This document shows positions 48,101-57,427 of a stretch of DNA of 64,000 nt, one piece after another. How positions within the stretch are numbered: the stretch's first letter is position 1; each line of letters begins with the position of its first letter. The notes below the pieces were generated by a model, which saw only the letters and a list, made by a program, of their open reading frames with translations, was not told where the DNA came from and ran no database searches. The position numbers and the translations under genes were made by a program. The DNA comes from Nemertoderma westbladi. Its lineage: Eukaryota > Animalia > Xenacoelomorpha. The stretch is from the NCBI GenBank assembly GCA_032718475.1, contig JAUCBJ010004906.1:1-64000 (forward strand), given 5' to 3'.

Positions 48101-51100
48101 AAAAACATCATTGTAAATTTGTTTATAATTTATTGATACTCTTTTACTCTGGATGGATAGGCGGTGTGCGGGGGTGGGGGGGGGGGGGGGGGGGGGTGTT
48201 AAAGATGAATTATTATGAAATTCTTGGATATTACTATGAACTTTGCAGCTTAACTAAGGCTTGGAGTGAGTTTATATGTAACACAGTAATTTTCTGTGAG
48301 ACTAAAAGAAACATTTTATTATTAAATCTGCCAAAGCGAAAAATTACTAATAATTAAAGTAGAAAATGTATTAACGACTTTTAAAGGAAACAATAACTAT
48401 ATTTACAACGAACTACAACCATCTGCCGGTTGCGTTGTAAATGAAACTCTGTTTCTCCGGATACTCGGGTCTGTAGGTAGCTGGTCCGGGTTTCTCTGTC
48501 GGGTCCGGAGCTATCCAACGCTCAGTGTTACTAACGAAGTAAGAACCCCTAATGTAGCCGCGTCTGGGACCCCCAATGTCTGTGGCGATATCGTAGGCGC
48601 CTGGTCCGGGGGCGGGGGGCGTGGGGGGCAGAGCCACGGGGGCCGCCGAGATACCCAGGTAGTGTCGACGGGGCAGGACGATGCGTTTAGCCGGCTCGAT
48701 GGGCGCCCCGGGGTTGTACTGGGCGGGACCCGGGCCGGGGGCACCGTCCAACGCCACCTTGCGTTGAGTACGGGAACGGAAGCTGGAGACCACGCTCTTA
48801 GCTGTTGGATGGAGGATGTCGTCTTTAACGTTGTAATGCCCGGGCGCCGGGGCAACGTTAGTGACGTCAGTGAATCCTATTCGCTTACTGGTCGAACGGA
48901 ATGCGGACGCCGCACCTCCTGACTCCGCCAACGGTTTCCCGCCATCCCGACACGTCTGTACGTTATACTGCGGCCCGGGTACGTCAGCGACCTTGTCGTG
49001 CGGCGCCGCGTACGGGAGAACGAATCCGGCGCTGCGTCGCGTCGGGTTGCGAACCGAGAGACCCGCGGTCTCGTAGCAACCGGGTCCCGGGGCGGGGTCC
49101 CGCTGCGCGCGCGGCATGCGCCTCCCGCGGGACGCGAAGGAACCGGTCCCCTTCGTGGAGACGGGCCCCCCCACGGAACCCGGTCGGTAGGCCCCAGGGC
49201 CCGGTACATCCGAGGTCGTCCCGTCCTCGAACCGCCTCGCCGTGGAACCGAACCCACGCGAGTCCGAGTTGTCCGTCACTATGGTACGGTACTTGGAGGG
49301 TATCGAGCAGCGGGCTGTTGGTGTGGGTCGACTCTTGTACAACCTACCGACCGCGCCAGACGGAGCTGTACTCCGTCGGCCCTCCATCGACCCTATTGGT
49401 TTAATACTATCCACCATAAAACTCATAGTTCGTATCGGTGTCGGTGGTAAAATAAATTACCAACTTGGTAATAAACTTTGTGGAATTAAAGTGAAATAAA
49501 TAATCATATAATTGTATTAATTTTATTATATATTTTCAATAATTATCCATAATATTTATTCTTAATCAAAATTATAATTCAATTGCAATAATAGCATTAT
49601 CTTTAAGTTTATATTATAAACGCCACGTCCATCCAAACTAGCAACAATCAGTTTGTTATTAGGCGGGTTGCCCGGCAACCATTATATTTGCTATGAAACT
49701 CCTTAATGATTTACGCGGGTAATTCAAATACTCTGTAATGAATGGGATAATAGTTTAGGCTTGTTAAGCCAAGGAATGCCTGTTCATCACCATGGGTGAT
49801 CTTCCACGGTAATCCCTTCCACTCTGTTTCCTAAAGGAATGCCTGTTCACCACCATGGGTGATCTTCCACAGTAAACCCTTCCACTCTGTTTCCTAAAGG
49901 AATGCCTGTTCACCACCATGGGTGATCTTCCACAGTAAACCCTTCCAATCTGTTTCCTAAAGGAATGCCTGTTCACCACCATGGGTAATCTTCCACAGTA
50001 AACCCTTCCACTCTGTTTCCTAAAGGAATGCCTGTTCACCAACATGGGTGATCTTCCACAGTAAACCCTTCCACTCTGTTTCCTAAAGGAATGCCTGTTC
50101 ACCAACATGGGTGATCTTCCACAGTAAACCCTTCCAATCTGTTTCCTAAAGGAATGCCTGTTCACCACCACGGGTGATCTTCCACAGTAAACCCTTCCAC
50201 TCTGTTTCCTAAAGGAATGCCTGTTCACCAACATGGGTGATCTTCCACAGTAAACCCTTCCACTCTGTTTCCTAAAGGAATGCCTGTTCACCAACATGGG
50301 TGATCTTCCACAGTAAACCCTTCCAATCTGTTTTCTAAAGGAATGCCTGTTCACCACCATGGGTAATCTTCCACAGAAAACCCTTCCAATCTGTTTTCTA
50401 AAGGAATGCCTGTTCACCACCATGGGTGATCTTCCACAGTAAACCCTTCCACTCTGTTTCCTAAAGGAATGTCTGTTCACCACCATGGGTGATCTTCCAC
50501 AGTATACCTTTCCACTCTGTTTCCTAAAGGAATGCCTGTTCACCACCATGGATGATCTTCCACAGTAAACCCTTCCAATATGTTTTCTAAAGGAATGCCT
50601 GTTCACCACCATGGGTAATCTTCCACAGAAAACCCTTCCAATCTGTTTTCTAAAGGAATGCCTGTTCACCACCATGGGTGATCTTCCACAGTAAACCCTT
50701 CCAATCTGTTTTCTAAAGGAATGCCTGTTCACCACCATGGGTGATCTTCCACAGCAAACCCTTCCACTCTGTTTCCTAAAGGAATGTCTGTTCACCACCA
50801 TGGGTGATCTTCCACAGTATACCTTTCCACTCTGTTTCCTAAAGGAACGCCTGTTCACTACCGTGGGTGATCTCCCACAGTAAACCCTTCCACTCTGTTT
50901 CCTAAAGGAATGCCTGTTCACCAACATGGGTGATCTTCCACAGTAAACTCTTCCAATCTGTTTTCTAAAGGAATGCCTGTTCACCACCATGGATGATCTT
51001 CCACAGTAAACCCTTCCACATTGTCTCATAAAGGAATGTTTGTTCACCACCATGGGTGATCTTCCACAGTAAACCCTTCCACTCTGTATCCCAAAGGAAT

Positions 51101-54100
51101 GCCTGTTCACTACCATGGGTGATCTTCCACGGTAATCCCTTCCACTCTGTTTCCCAAAGGAATGCCTGTTCACCAACATGGTTGATCTTCCACAGTAAAC
51201 CCTTCCACCATGTTTCCTAAAGGAATGCATGTTCACCACCATTGGTGATCTTCCATAGTAAACCCTTCCACTCTGTATCCTAAAGGAATGCCTGTTCACC
51301 ACCATGGATGATCTTCCACTGTAAACCCTTCCACATTGTATCATAAAGGAATGCCTGTTCACTACCATGGATGATCTTCCACAGTAAACACTTCCACTCT
51401 GTTTCCCTTAGGAATGCCTGTTCACCACCATGGGTGATCTTCCACAGTAAATCCTTCCACTCTGTTACCTAAAGGAATGCCTGTTCACCACCATGGGTGA
51501 TCTTCCACAGTATACCTTTCCACTCTGTTTCCTAAAGGAATGCCTGTTCACCACCATGGATGATCTTCCACTGTAAACCCTTCCACATTGTATCATAAAG
51601 GAATGCCTGTTCACTACCATGGATGATCTTCCACAGTAAACACTTCCACTCTGTTTCCCTTAGGAATGCCTGTTCACCACCATGGGTGATCTTCCACAGT
51701 AAATCCTTCCACTCTGTTTCCTAAAGGAATGCCTGTTCACCACCATGGGTGATCTTCCACAGTAAATCCTTCCACTCTGTTTCCTAAAGGAATGCCTGTT
51801 CACCACCAGGGGTGATCTTCCACAGTATACCTTTCCACTCTGTTTCCTAAAGGAATGCCTGTTCACCACCATGGATGATCTTCCACTGTAAACCCTTCCA
51901 CATTGTATCATAAAGGAATGCCTGTTCACTACCATGGATGATCTTCCACAGTAAACACTTCCACTCTGTTTCCCTTAGGAATGCCTGTTCACCACCATGG
52001 GTGATCTTCCACAGTAAATCCTTCCACTCTGTTTCCTAAAGGAATGCCTGTTCACCACCATGGGTGATCTTCCACAGAAAACTCTTCCACAGTAAACCCT
52101 TCCACTCTGTTTCCTAAAGGAATACCTTTTCACCACCGGGTGATCTTCCACAGTAAACCTTTCCACTCTGTTTCATAAAGGAATGCCTGTTCACCAACAT
52201 GGGTGATCTTCCACAGTAAACTCTTCCACTCTGTTTCCTAAAGGAATACCTTTTCACCACCGGGTGATCTTCCACAGTAAACCCTTCCACTCTGTTACCT
52301 AAAGGAATGCCTGTTCACCACCATGGGTGATCTCCCACAGTAAACCCTTCCACTCTGTATCCTAAAGGAATGCCTGTTCACCACCATGGATGATCTTCCA
52401 CAGTAAACACTTCCACATTGTCTCATAAAGGAATGTCTGTTCACCACCATGGATGACCTTCCACAGTAAACCCTCCCACTGTTTCCTAAAGGAATGCCTG
52501 TTCACCACCATGGGTGATCTTCCACAGTAAACCCTCCCATTCTGTTTCCTAAAGGAATGCCTGTTCACCACCATGGGTGATCGTCCACAGTAAACCCTTC
52601 CACTCTGTTTCCTAAAGGAATGCCTGTTCACCACCATGTGTTCTTCCACATTAAACCCTTCCACTCTATTTCCTAAAGGAATGCCTGTTCACCACCATGG
52701 GTGATCTTCCACAGTAAACCCTTCCACTCTGCTCCCTAAAGGAATGCCTGTTCACCATCATGGGTGATCTTCCACAGTAAACCCTTCCACTCTGTTTCCC
52801 AAGTTACCTTGGTTCCCATTTATCGACCGTAGGTAAGGGTGAATGCCAGGGTTGGGCTATGCTGCAGCATTTAAAGCACTGCGTCCAAATAGTGCATGCA
52901 TCTAAGGGTCGAACCAGGGCTACATGATTGTCCACCACTAGACCAAGCTGCGCTGCTTGGTCTGTAAATACTCTGTAATACACATTCAATTACAATATAA
53001 CGAACTGGCTGTTTTATATCTGCAGTATTAGCTCATTGTGGCAAATATAACAATACTACATTATTATTGGTTGGTATGGGGTGCGTAAGTACTAATAGTA
53101 TGTAATAAGGTTACCTAGCAACACGTTGAGATGACGTATAACAGTGTTCATGGCCTTGCCACTGGTTCTTTCGTCCTCAGTATAATCATCCTTCAACGGC
53201 GTTCCCATAAACTTCATCAATAAACTTATCGTCTTTTGGACGGTTTCTCTAAAATTAGATAACAAAATATTAATCATATTTGGTATTTTAGTGATGTTTG
53301 TAAACATGTGACGTCATTAGCTAAAGAGGTTAAATAAAAACGAATTCATGTGAATGGCGGTTTTGTATTTCATTTTATTTTTATTTTTCATCGCGAATGC
53401 GCCGCGATTGCTATAATTAAGTAAAATGGTCGGACATAATTTAATATATAAATATAGGACGTTATATGCAAGCAATATAGTAAAATACTCAGGTTTAATT
53501 TATTTTGTAACACTATATCGCTCTATGTTTTATTGAAGAATTGAGCAACAAAAAAAGTACCAATTTAAGAATAAAATTACGTATTAAAAGGGAAAAAAAC
53601 ACAGAAATTAATTTTCAATATTCTCTCTACCCTTTATTAACCTCGTTGGCGCTCGGTAAATAAAATACCTCGAGAATAGTGAAAATAATTCTACTTTTTT
53701 CCCACGTAATAAATAAATAATTACTATTTTTCGATTTTTTATAACTCAGAATCTAATTGAATCACGGCAATCATATCGATTGACTTCTCACTCAATACAA
53801 TAATATATCAAACAAAATTAACAAATTAATAAAGAAAATTAATCAGCAAAACGCCAGCCACCCCCCAGCGGTAGATGGAATAAATAAATATGAAAATGTG
53901 AACTGTATAAATAAAGTAAACCGTATTTCACGCGGTACTCGCGAGCGGTAATATTCAAGCAAACGAGCAACTAGAGTTAGTGGAATATAAAATATAGACC
54001 AAAGTGAAATACGGGTACTTTATTTAATTCGATTGCACCCGGCTAGACGGACACAATATACTGAAATAATATCTTGGTATTATATTTCGCGCTATAAAAT

Positions 54101-56677
54101 AGTACGATCACTATAAATAAACCAGTGAGTTGTTGTCTAATATAATAAATTGGTATATAATATAATTACCCACCTGTCTACATGAGACATATCCAATGAC
54201 TGCGCAGTACCAGAGGCTGTCTGTGGTACCGGTACACCTGTGCCATCAGCTAACGGGTTGTTCACTGTCAGGTGATTCCCAGAGAACATTCGGTTAGTAA
54301 ACTCATCCAACGAATGCGCTTTCTGTTTTTCGTTGCTAAAGAGACTGTAAATAATAAACAGTATTAAATAAAAATATCGAGAGAAGATTTATACCTTTTA
54401 ATGCCACTCACCAAGTCCGTTTGTAATATAAACTGTTAGGTTCAATCTTGGTGTAGTGGTTGCATTGAATTCACATCTCCCGTAGAGATCGTGGGTTCGA
54501 CCCCGGCATGGGGGACGTCAGTTTTCTTTTCAGCACGAATGCTTTGAAAGGACCAGCCAGGGCGCTATGCTCTGCCTTGCATCCGTAAGTGGTAGCTAAC
54601 AGAGTACTGGAGATTCCTCTGGGGAGTATAGTTCTGGAGGGACCGCACTGGAAATAAGTTAGCAGAATTTGTGCGTAATCCCTGATCTTAACAGCACTGA
54701 CTATAATAAAACTATAGTTTCTTACTTTACTTTAAGCTAACAACATACACGATTACTATATATACCGGTGTGTTTCATACTGATGTAGAGGTACGGTGCC
54801 CTAGTGCCGTAGTGTCAGTAACTTACCCTCACACGGCTGTGTCTGTAACTTACCCACACACAGCTGTGTCTGTAACTTACCCACACACAGTAGTGTCAGT
54901 AACTTACCCACACACAGCTGTGTCTGTAACTTACCCGCACACAGCTGTGTCAGTAACTTACCCACACACAACTGTGTCTGTAACTTACCCACACACAGTA
55001 GTGTCAGTAACTTACCCACAAACAGCTGTGTCAGTAACCTACCCACCCACAGTTGTGTCTGTAACTTACCCACACACAGTTGTGTCTGTAACTTACCCAC
55101 ACACAGCTGTGTCTGTAACTTACCCACCCACAGTTGTGTCTGTAACTTACCCACACACAGTTGTGTCTGTAACTTACCCACACACAACTGTGTCTGTAAC
55201 TTACCCGCACACAGCTGTGTCAGTAACTTACCCACACACAACTGTGTCTGTAACTTACCCACCCACAGTTGTGTCTGTAACTTACCCACACACAGTTGTG
55301 TCTGTAACTTACCCACACACAGCTGTGTCTGTAACTTACCCACACACAGCTGTGTCTGTAACTTACCCACACACAGTAGTGTCAGTAACTTACCCACACA
55401 CAACTGTGTCTGTAACTTACCCACACACAGTTGTGTCAGTAACTTACCCACAAACAGCTGTGTCAGTAACCTACCCACCCACAGTTGTGTCTGTAACTTA
55501 CCCACACACAGTTGTGTCTGTAACTTACCCACCCACAGTTGTGTCTGTAACTTACCCACACACAGTTGTGTCTGTAACTTACCCACACACAACTGTGTCT
55601 GTAACTTACCCGCACACAGCTGTGTCAGTAACTTACCCACACACAACTGTGTCTGTAACTTACCCACCCACAGTTGTGTCTGTAACTTACCCACACACAG
55701 TAGTGTCAGTAACTTACCAACACACAGCTTGTGTCAGTAACTTACCCACACACAGCTGTATCTTTAACTTACCCGCACACAGTAGTGTCAGTAACTTACC
55801 CACACACAGCTTGTGTCAGTAACTTACCCACACACAGTTGTGTCTGTAACTTACCCACACACAGCTTGTGTCAGTAACTTACCCACACACAGTTGTGTCT
55901 GTAACTTACCCACACACAGCTGTGTCTGTAACTTACCCACACATGGCTATGTCTGTAACTTACCCACACACAGATGTGTCTGTAACTTACCCACACACAG
56001 CTGTGTCTGTAACTTACCCACACACAGCAGTGTCTGTAACTTACCCACACACAGCTGTGTCCCCAGCCTGTCTCATTAGGTACGGATCAGCAGTAACAGC
56101 GTTCGCTGACGCCGGCGACGATACTCCTCTACGGAACGGAAGTCTTCCAACGAACTCCGCTCTAAGTGACCGGACGCTCTGAGTTCGGGATCTGTGGACG
56201 AGAAGTTAACAAGGATTTATTGTGTTAAAACAATAAACAGAGTTTATCAGATACTAATATTAGCTATAAACAGACACCATGTAACTATAAACACTATACA
56301 AATAATTAATATAGAACGCCAAAAGTAATGACTCTATTAAAAAATTTCGAAAAATCCCAAAGAGTCTGAAAACTTGAGAGAGAAGAATAATAATAGTAAT
56401 TATAGTTCTTGTGATAATTTATAGTTATATATATATATTTTACTAAGTTAGTTTTAAGTATTTTATAGTGTATACCGGTACTTATTTCATTTAATATTCT
56501 ACAATAACACTAGGTCTGTGTCTCACCTGGCGAACTTTGCTCTTCGGAGTTTCTTGGCTAGCACCTCATTCATTCCTAAAACGGCGGCGTTGAAGTTGGA
56601 CGTTGCTGTCGGAAAGAAACAGTCCCGGTTGTTCTCGAAATCCAGATGGGACTCCAAGGAAAGCGTGTCGAAACGAC
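17928..56677 (-). CDS. unc-79: UNC-79 (NALCN channel complex subunit), 3' portion; spliced model of 12 exons: 56677-56527, 56191-56045, 54344-54174, 53248-53115, 27063-26829, 26400-26206, 24467-24329, 24111-24021, 23799-21134, 20269-19943, 19776-19488, 18184-17928; 5' exons lie beyond the window
   Basis: All introns are GT-AG and all exon phases chain without frameshift (4802 nt). Recalled UNC79 motifs appear in order: [98 protein letters not shown]-terminal [10 protein letters not shown]. Confidence 0.9.
18226..19515 (-). repeat. 30-bp splice-donor-spanning tandem array, ~43 copies
   Basis: Unit TACATTTACTAAGTGTAATGGAAG|GTAAGT = end of exon 19488-19776 plus donor; near-perfect homogeneity. 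Confidence 0.97.
19488..19776 (-). CDS. unc-79: UNC-79 penultimate exon ([35 protein letters not shown]...LHLLSVME)
   Basis: TTAG|GTT acceptor; first donor GAAG|GTAAGT; unique part of ORF 18202..19737. Confidence 0.88.
19943..20269 (-). CDS. unc-79: UNC-79 exon ([25 protein letters not shown]...IAEYVQ)
   Basis: ORF 19931..20308; CAG|GTC acceptor, CAG|GTTAGT donor. Confidence 0.88.
21134..23799 (-). CDS. unc-79: UNC-79 large exon (2666 nt; low-complexity linker then conserved C-terminal region)
   Basis: ORF 21095..23791; TTTAG|AT acceptor, AAG|GTGAGT donor; [38 protein letters not shown] motif. Confidence 0.9.
24021..24111 (-). CDS. unc-79: UNC-79 exon ([11 protein letters not shown]...GAESEP)
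   Basis: CACAG|A acceptor, CAG|GTAAAT donor, phase 0-1 bridges neighbours. Confidence 0.7.
24329..24467 (-). CDS. unc-79: UNC-79 exon ([17 protein letters not shown]...KMKSH)
   Basis: TACAG|A acceptor, CAT|GTATGT donor, phase 2-0. Confidence 0.7.
24590..26267 (-). repeat. 69/70-bp splice-donor-spanning tandem array, ~24 copies
   Basis: Unit = last ~60 nt of exon 26206-26400 plus CAG|GTT(T/G)GTAC. Confidence 0.95.
26206..26400 (-). CDS. unc-79: UNC-79 exon ([15 protein letters not shown]...PTSPSMSR)
   Basis: TTTAG|A acceptor; first donor CAG|GTTTGT; within ORF 26109..26450. Confidence 0.8.
26829..27063 (-). CDS. unc-79: UNC-79 exon ([30 protein letters not shown]...[11 protein letters not shown])
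   Basis: Non-repetitive tail of ORF 26825..30706; CACAG|GT acceptor, GAG|GTAAGC donor. Confidence 0.85.
27035..30918 (-). repeat. 47-bp splice-acceptor-spanning tandem array, ~82 copies
   Basis: Unit TCTACTTTATCTCACAG|GTTACCAACAGTACGACAAATGTTT(A/C)CAC = acceptor plus start of exon 26829-27063. Confidence 0.97.
31712..33929 (-). mobile_element. 5'-truncated SINE with internally amplified 36-bp array (~59 copies)
   Basis: Both array flanks match, in reverse orientation, the flanks of 43682-44792 (ACTGGG.GCAAA.CTTGGGA.AGGAGTAGCG and GAAAGAGGAGCCTTCGGGTCG). Confidence 0.85.
35754..36370. mobile_element. Non-autonomous DNA transposon/MITE downstream of furin
   Basis: 21-bp perfect inverted repeat CAGCCATGTCCACATTTTGTC / GACAAAATGTGGACATGGCTG; exact ends uncertain. 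Confidence 0.65.
36560..39993 (-). CDS. FURIN: Furin-type proprotein convertase, 3 coding exons (39993-39292, 38874-38515, 37870-36560; ~790 aa)
   Basis: Signal peptide; RRVKR prodomain site; catalytic D (ILDDG), H (RHGTRCAG), oxyanion N (ASGNGG), S (HTGTSASAP); P domain, Cys-rich region, TM helix, YTQL and acidic cluster tail; both introns phase 0 GT-AG. Confidence 0.93.
37927..38547 (-). repeat. 44-bp splice-donor-spanning tandem array in furin intron 2, 14 copies
   Basis: Unit TACAGTAGCGGGAACGCTACAGAACGGAAG|GT(A/C)AGTGTTCCACC = end of exon 2 plus donor. Confidence 0.97.
39051..39245. mobile_element. CAC-terminated MITE (EnSpm/CACTA-like) in furin intron 1
   Basis: TIR CACTGAAAAAACG / CGTTTTTTCAGTG flanked by TA on both sides. 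Confidence 0.75.
40791..41059. mobile_element. Poly-G/poly-C TIR MITE (copy 3)
   Basis: Body closely similar to 11069-11333. Confidence 0.75.
42142..43065 (-). CDS. HMCES: Abasic-site processing protein HMCES (SRAP domain), single exon
   Basis: MCGR catalytic N-terminus, [40 protein letters not shown]-terminal PIP-like MASWL. Confidence 0.95.
   Translation of the reverse strand: MCGRTVCTLTKGGVQQACTYQCPDNSTGLPTWYNGTGDYQPSYNMAPTTTGAVLVAERVYSHLSGEDGTGTGTYSRCLVPMRWGLIPAWHRGPPAEFKLNTTNCRSESLLDKPLFRNPFSQKKRCAFVIDGYYEWKVLDKSKKQAYLIHNPHESKCDSFAASLQSEDATNRKITPMLLAGLYDVNNNNSTERLVSFTTITVASEGRMSDIHCRMPAVLTSEESLKCWLFSDDLNEAMTVIKATDSLEFYTVSSFVNNSRNQSADCVVEWVGNPKETPGSKRKHSAQPVSPASVGCMASWLAKSSKKL
43541..44840 (+). 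mobile_element. tRNA-headed SINE with Nin/Deu-like core and internal 36-bp array (~31 copies, 43682-44792)
   Basis: A box TAGCTCAGGTGG, B-box-like GGTTCAGCCC, core CTCAGCCTTTCATCC...GGGGTCGATAAAATGAGTACCAG, tail GAAAGAGGAGCCTTCGGGTCGCC. Confidence 0.8.
47160..47460. repeat. Degenerate ~55-65-bp tandem repeat with TCTACTACTAAC and poly-C
   Basis: About 6 recurrences of (T)CTACTACTAAC..TTAA.CCCCC. Confidence 0.6.
47736..48062 (-). mobile_element. Non-LTR retrotransposon (RTE-like) reverse transcriptase fragment with 78-bp internal duplication
   Basis: [16 protein letters not shown]...AQRLL..LEQAASS..VGL....KTKML (FADD catalytic motif); truncated on both sides. Confidence 0.8.
48413..49426 (-). 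CDS. STPG1: Sperm-tail PG-rich repeat (SHIPPO-repeat) protein, STPG1-like, single exon
   Basis: Repeated PGPG-x-Y motifs; [49 protein letters not shown]-terminal [13 protein letters not shown]. Confidence 0.85.
   Translation of the reverse strand: MSFMVDSIKPIGSMEGRRSTAPSGAVGRLYKSRPTPTARCSIPSKYRTIVTDNSDSRGFGSTARRFEDGTTSDVPGPGAYRPGSVGGPVSTKGTGSFASRGRRMPRAQRDPAPGPGCYETAGLSVRNPTRRSAGFVLPYAAPHDKVADVPGPQYNVQTCRDGGKPLAESGGAASAFRSTSKRIGFTDVTNVAPAPGHYNVKDDILHPTAKSVVSSFRSRTQRKVALDGAPGPGPAQYNPGAPIEPAKRIVLPRRHYLGISAAPVALPPTPPAPGPGAYDIATDIGGPRRGYIRGSYFVSNTERWIAPDPTEKPGPATYRPEYPEKQSFIYNATGRWL
49757..52952 (-). mobile_element. tRNA-headed SINE with internally amplified 63-bp array (~48 copies, 49773-52800)
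   Basis: Minus-strand A box TGGTCTAGTGG and B box GGTTCGACCC at 52945-52905, core CATTCACCCTTACCTACGGTCGATAAATG resembling the 43620-43650 core, running directly into the array. The array itself is certain; the SINE call is less so. Confidence 0.7.
53115..53248 (-). CDS. unc-79: UNC-79 exon ([14 protein letters not shown]...IRHLNVLLG)
   Basis: Inside ORF 53092..53307; TTTTAG|A acceptor, CTAG|GTAACC donor. Confidence 0.85.
54174..54344 (-). CDS. unc-79: UNC-79 exon ([15 protein letters not shown]...LDMSHVDR)
   Basis: TTACAG|T acceptor, CAG|GTGGGT donor, 171 nt open, phase-compatible with both neighbours. Confidence 0.75.
54445..54660 (+). mobile_element. tRNA-derived SINE
   Basis: A box TGGTGTAGTGG, B box GGGTTCGACCCC, 3' part shared with 358-398. 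Confidence 0.7.
54823..56060 (-). repeat. 27-bp splice-donor-spanning tandem array, ~46 copies
   Basis: Unit GACACAGCTGTGTGTGG|GTAAGTTACA = end of exon 56045-56191 plus donor. Confidence 0.96.
56045..56191 (-). CDS. unc-79: UNC-79 exon ([14 protein letters not shown]...GDTAVCG)
   Basis: CACAG|A acceptor, GG|GTAAGT donor, phase 2-2. Confidence 0.8.
56527..56677 (-). CDS. unc-79: UNC-79 exon ([14 protein letters not shown]...[10 protein letters not shown])
   Basis: TTCTAG|GTCG acceptor, CAG|GTGAGA donor, open frame, UNC79-like peptide. Confidence 0.85.
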
Positions 56678-56874
56678 CTAGAACAAAAGTATAATAAGCG
56701 TGTCAAAACGACCTACAACAAAAGTAAAAAATAAGCGTGTAAAGACGACCTACAACAAAAGTATAATAAGCGTGTAAAGACGACCTACAACAAAAGTATA
56801 AAATAAGCGTGTAAAGACGACCTACAACAAAAGTATAAAATAAGCGTGTAAAAACGATCACAACAAAAGTATAT
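56661..56874 (-). repeat. ~37-bp splice-acceptor-spanning array, exon-proximal part
   Basis: Unit TATACTTTTGTTGTAG|GTCGT(C/T)TT(T/G)ACACGCTT = acceptor plus start of exon 56527-56677. Confidence 0.92.
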
Positions 56875-57427
56875 GGCTCAAACTCCCAAAAAGTGGCCAA
56901 AAAAATTCATTTTTTTGTAAAAAAAAAAAAGTTTCCCAAAGTATGTAATATTATATCACCAGAAAGCTCTCGATGCGCTGAATTCAATGGTGGTAATTTC
57001 CCAATAGCCCCGACCTCCTTGTAACAAATAATTGAGAAAAACTGATGTCCATTCCTGTAACACTTGTCCCACAATGTAACGCCCGATATCAGCCAATCAG
57101 AGCCCTTGAATGGTGATTTCCAATGCCTGTAACAATTTGTCCCACCATGTAACACCAATTGTAATTACACTGATATGTTAAATTAACCTAGATTTCGTCT
57201 CCGAGTGGGAGCTTTGCAGCCATACCTGATCCCAGTAACACCTCCCAATAATAAAGCTTATTTGAAAATATAATCAATCATAATAAATCTTTATGGTTCA
57301 TATTTCTGTTTATTGCTTATTATTCTATTACTGTTTATTACTATGACTTTCTGTTTACTATTAAATTTATAACTGTTATATATCACTATAGCAGATCAGT
57401 TAGTCAAAACCCGTAAATTATCAGTTC

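Noticed and set aside
49764-51368. 534-aa basic repeat protein
   Set aside because: In-frame translation of the 63-bp satellite, with stops and frameshifts elsewhere in the array and no unique domain.
52808-52961. Additional unc-79 exon (ORF 52804..52989 with AG/GT borders)
   Set aside because: It would enter in phase 1 and exit in phase 2, breaking the frame. The flanking exons join directly and the sequence reads as a SINE head.
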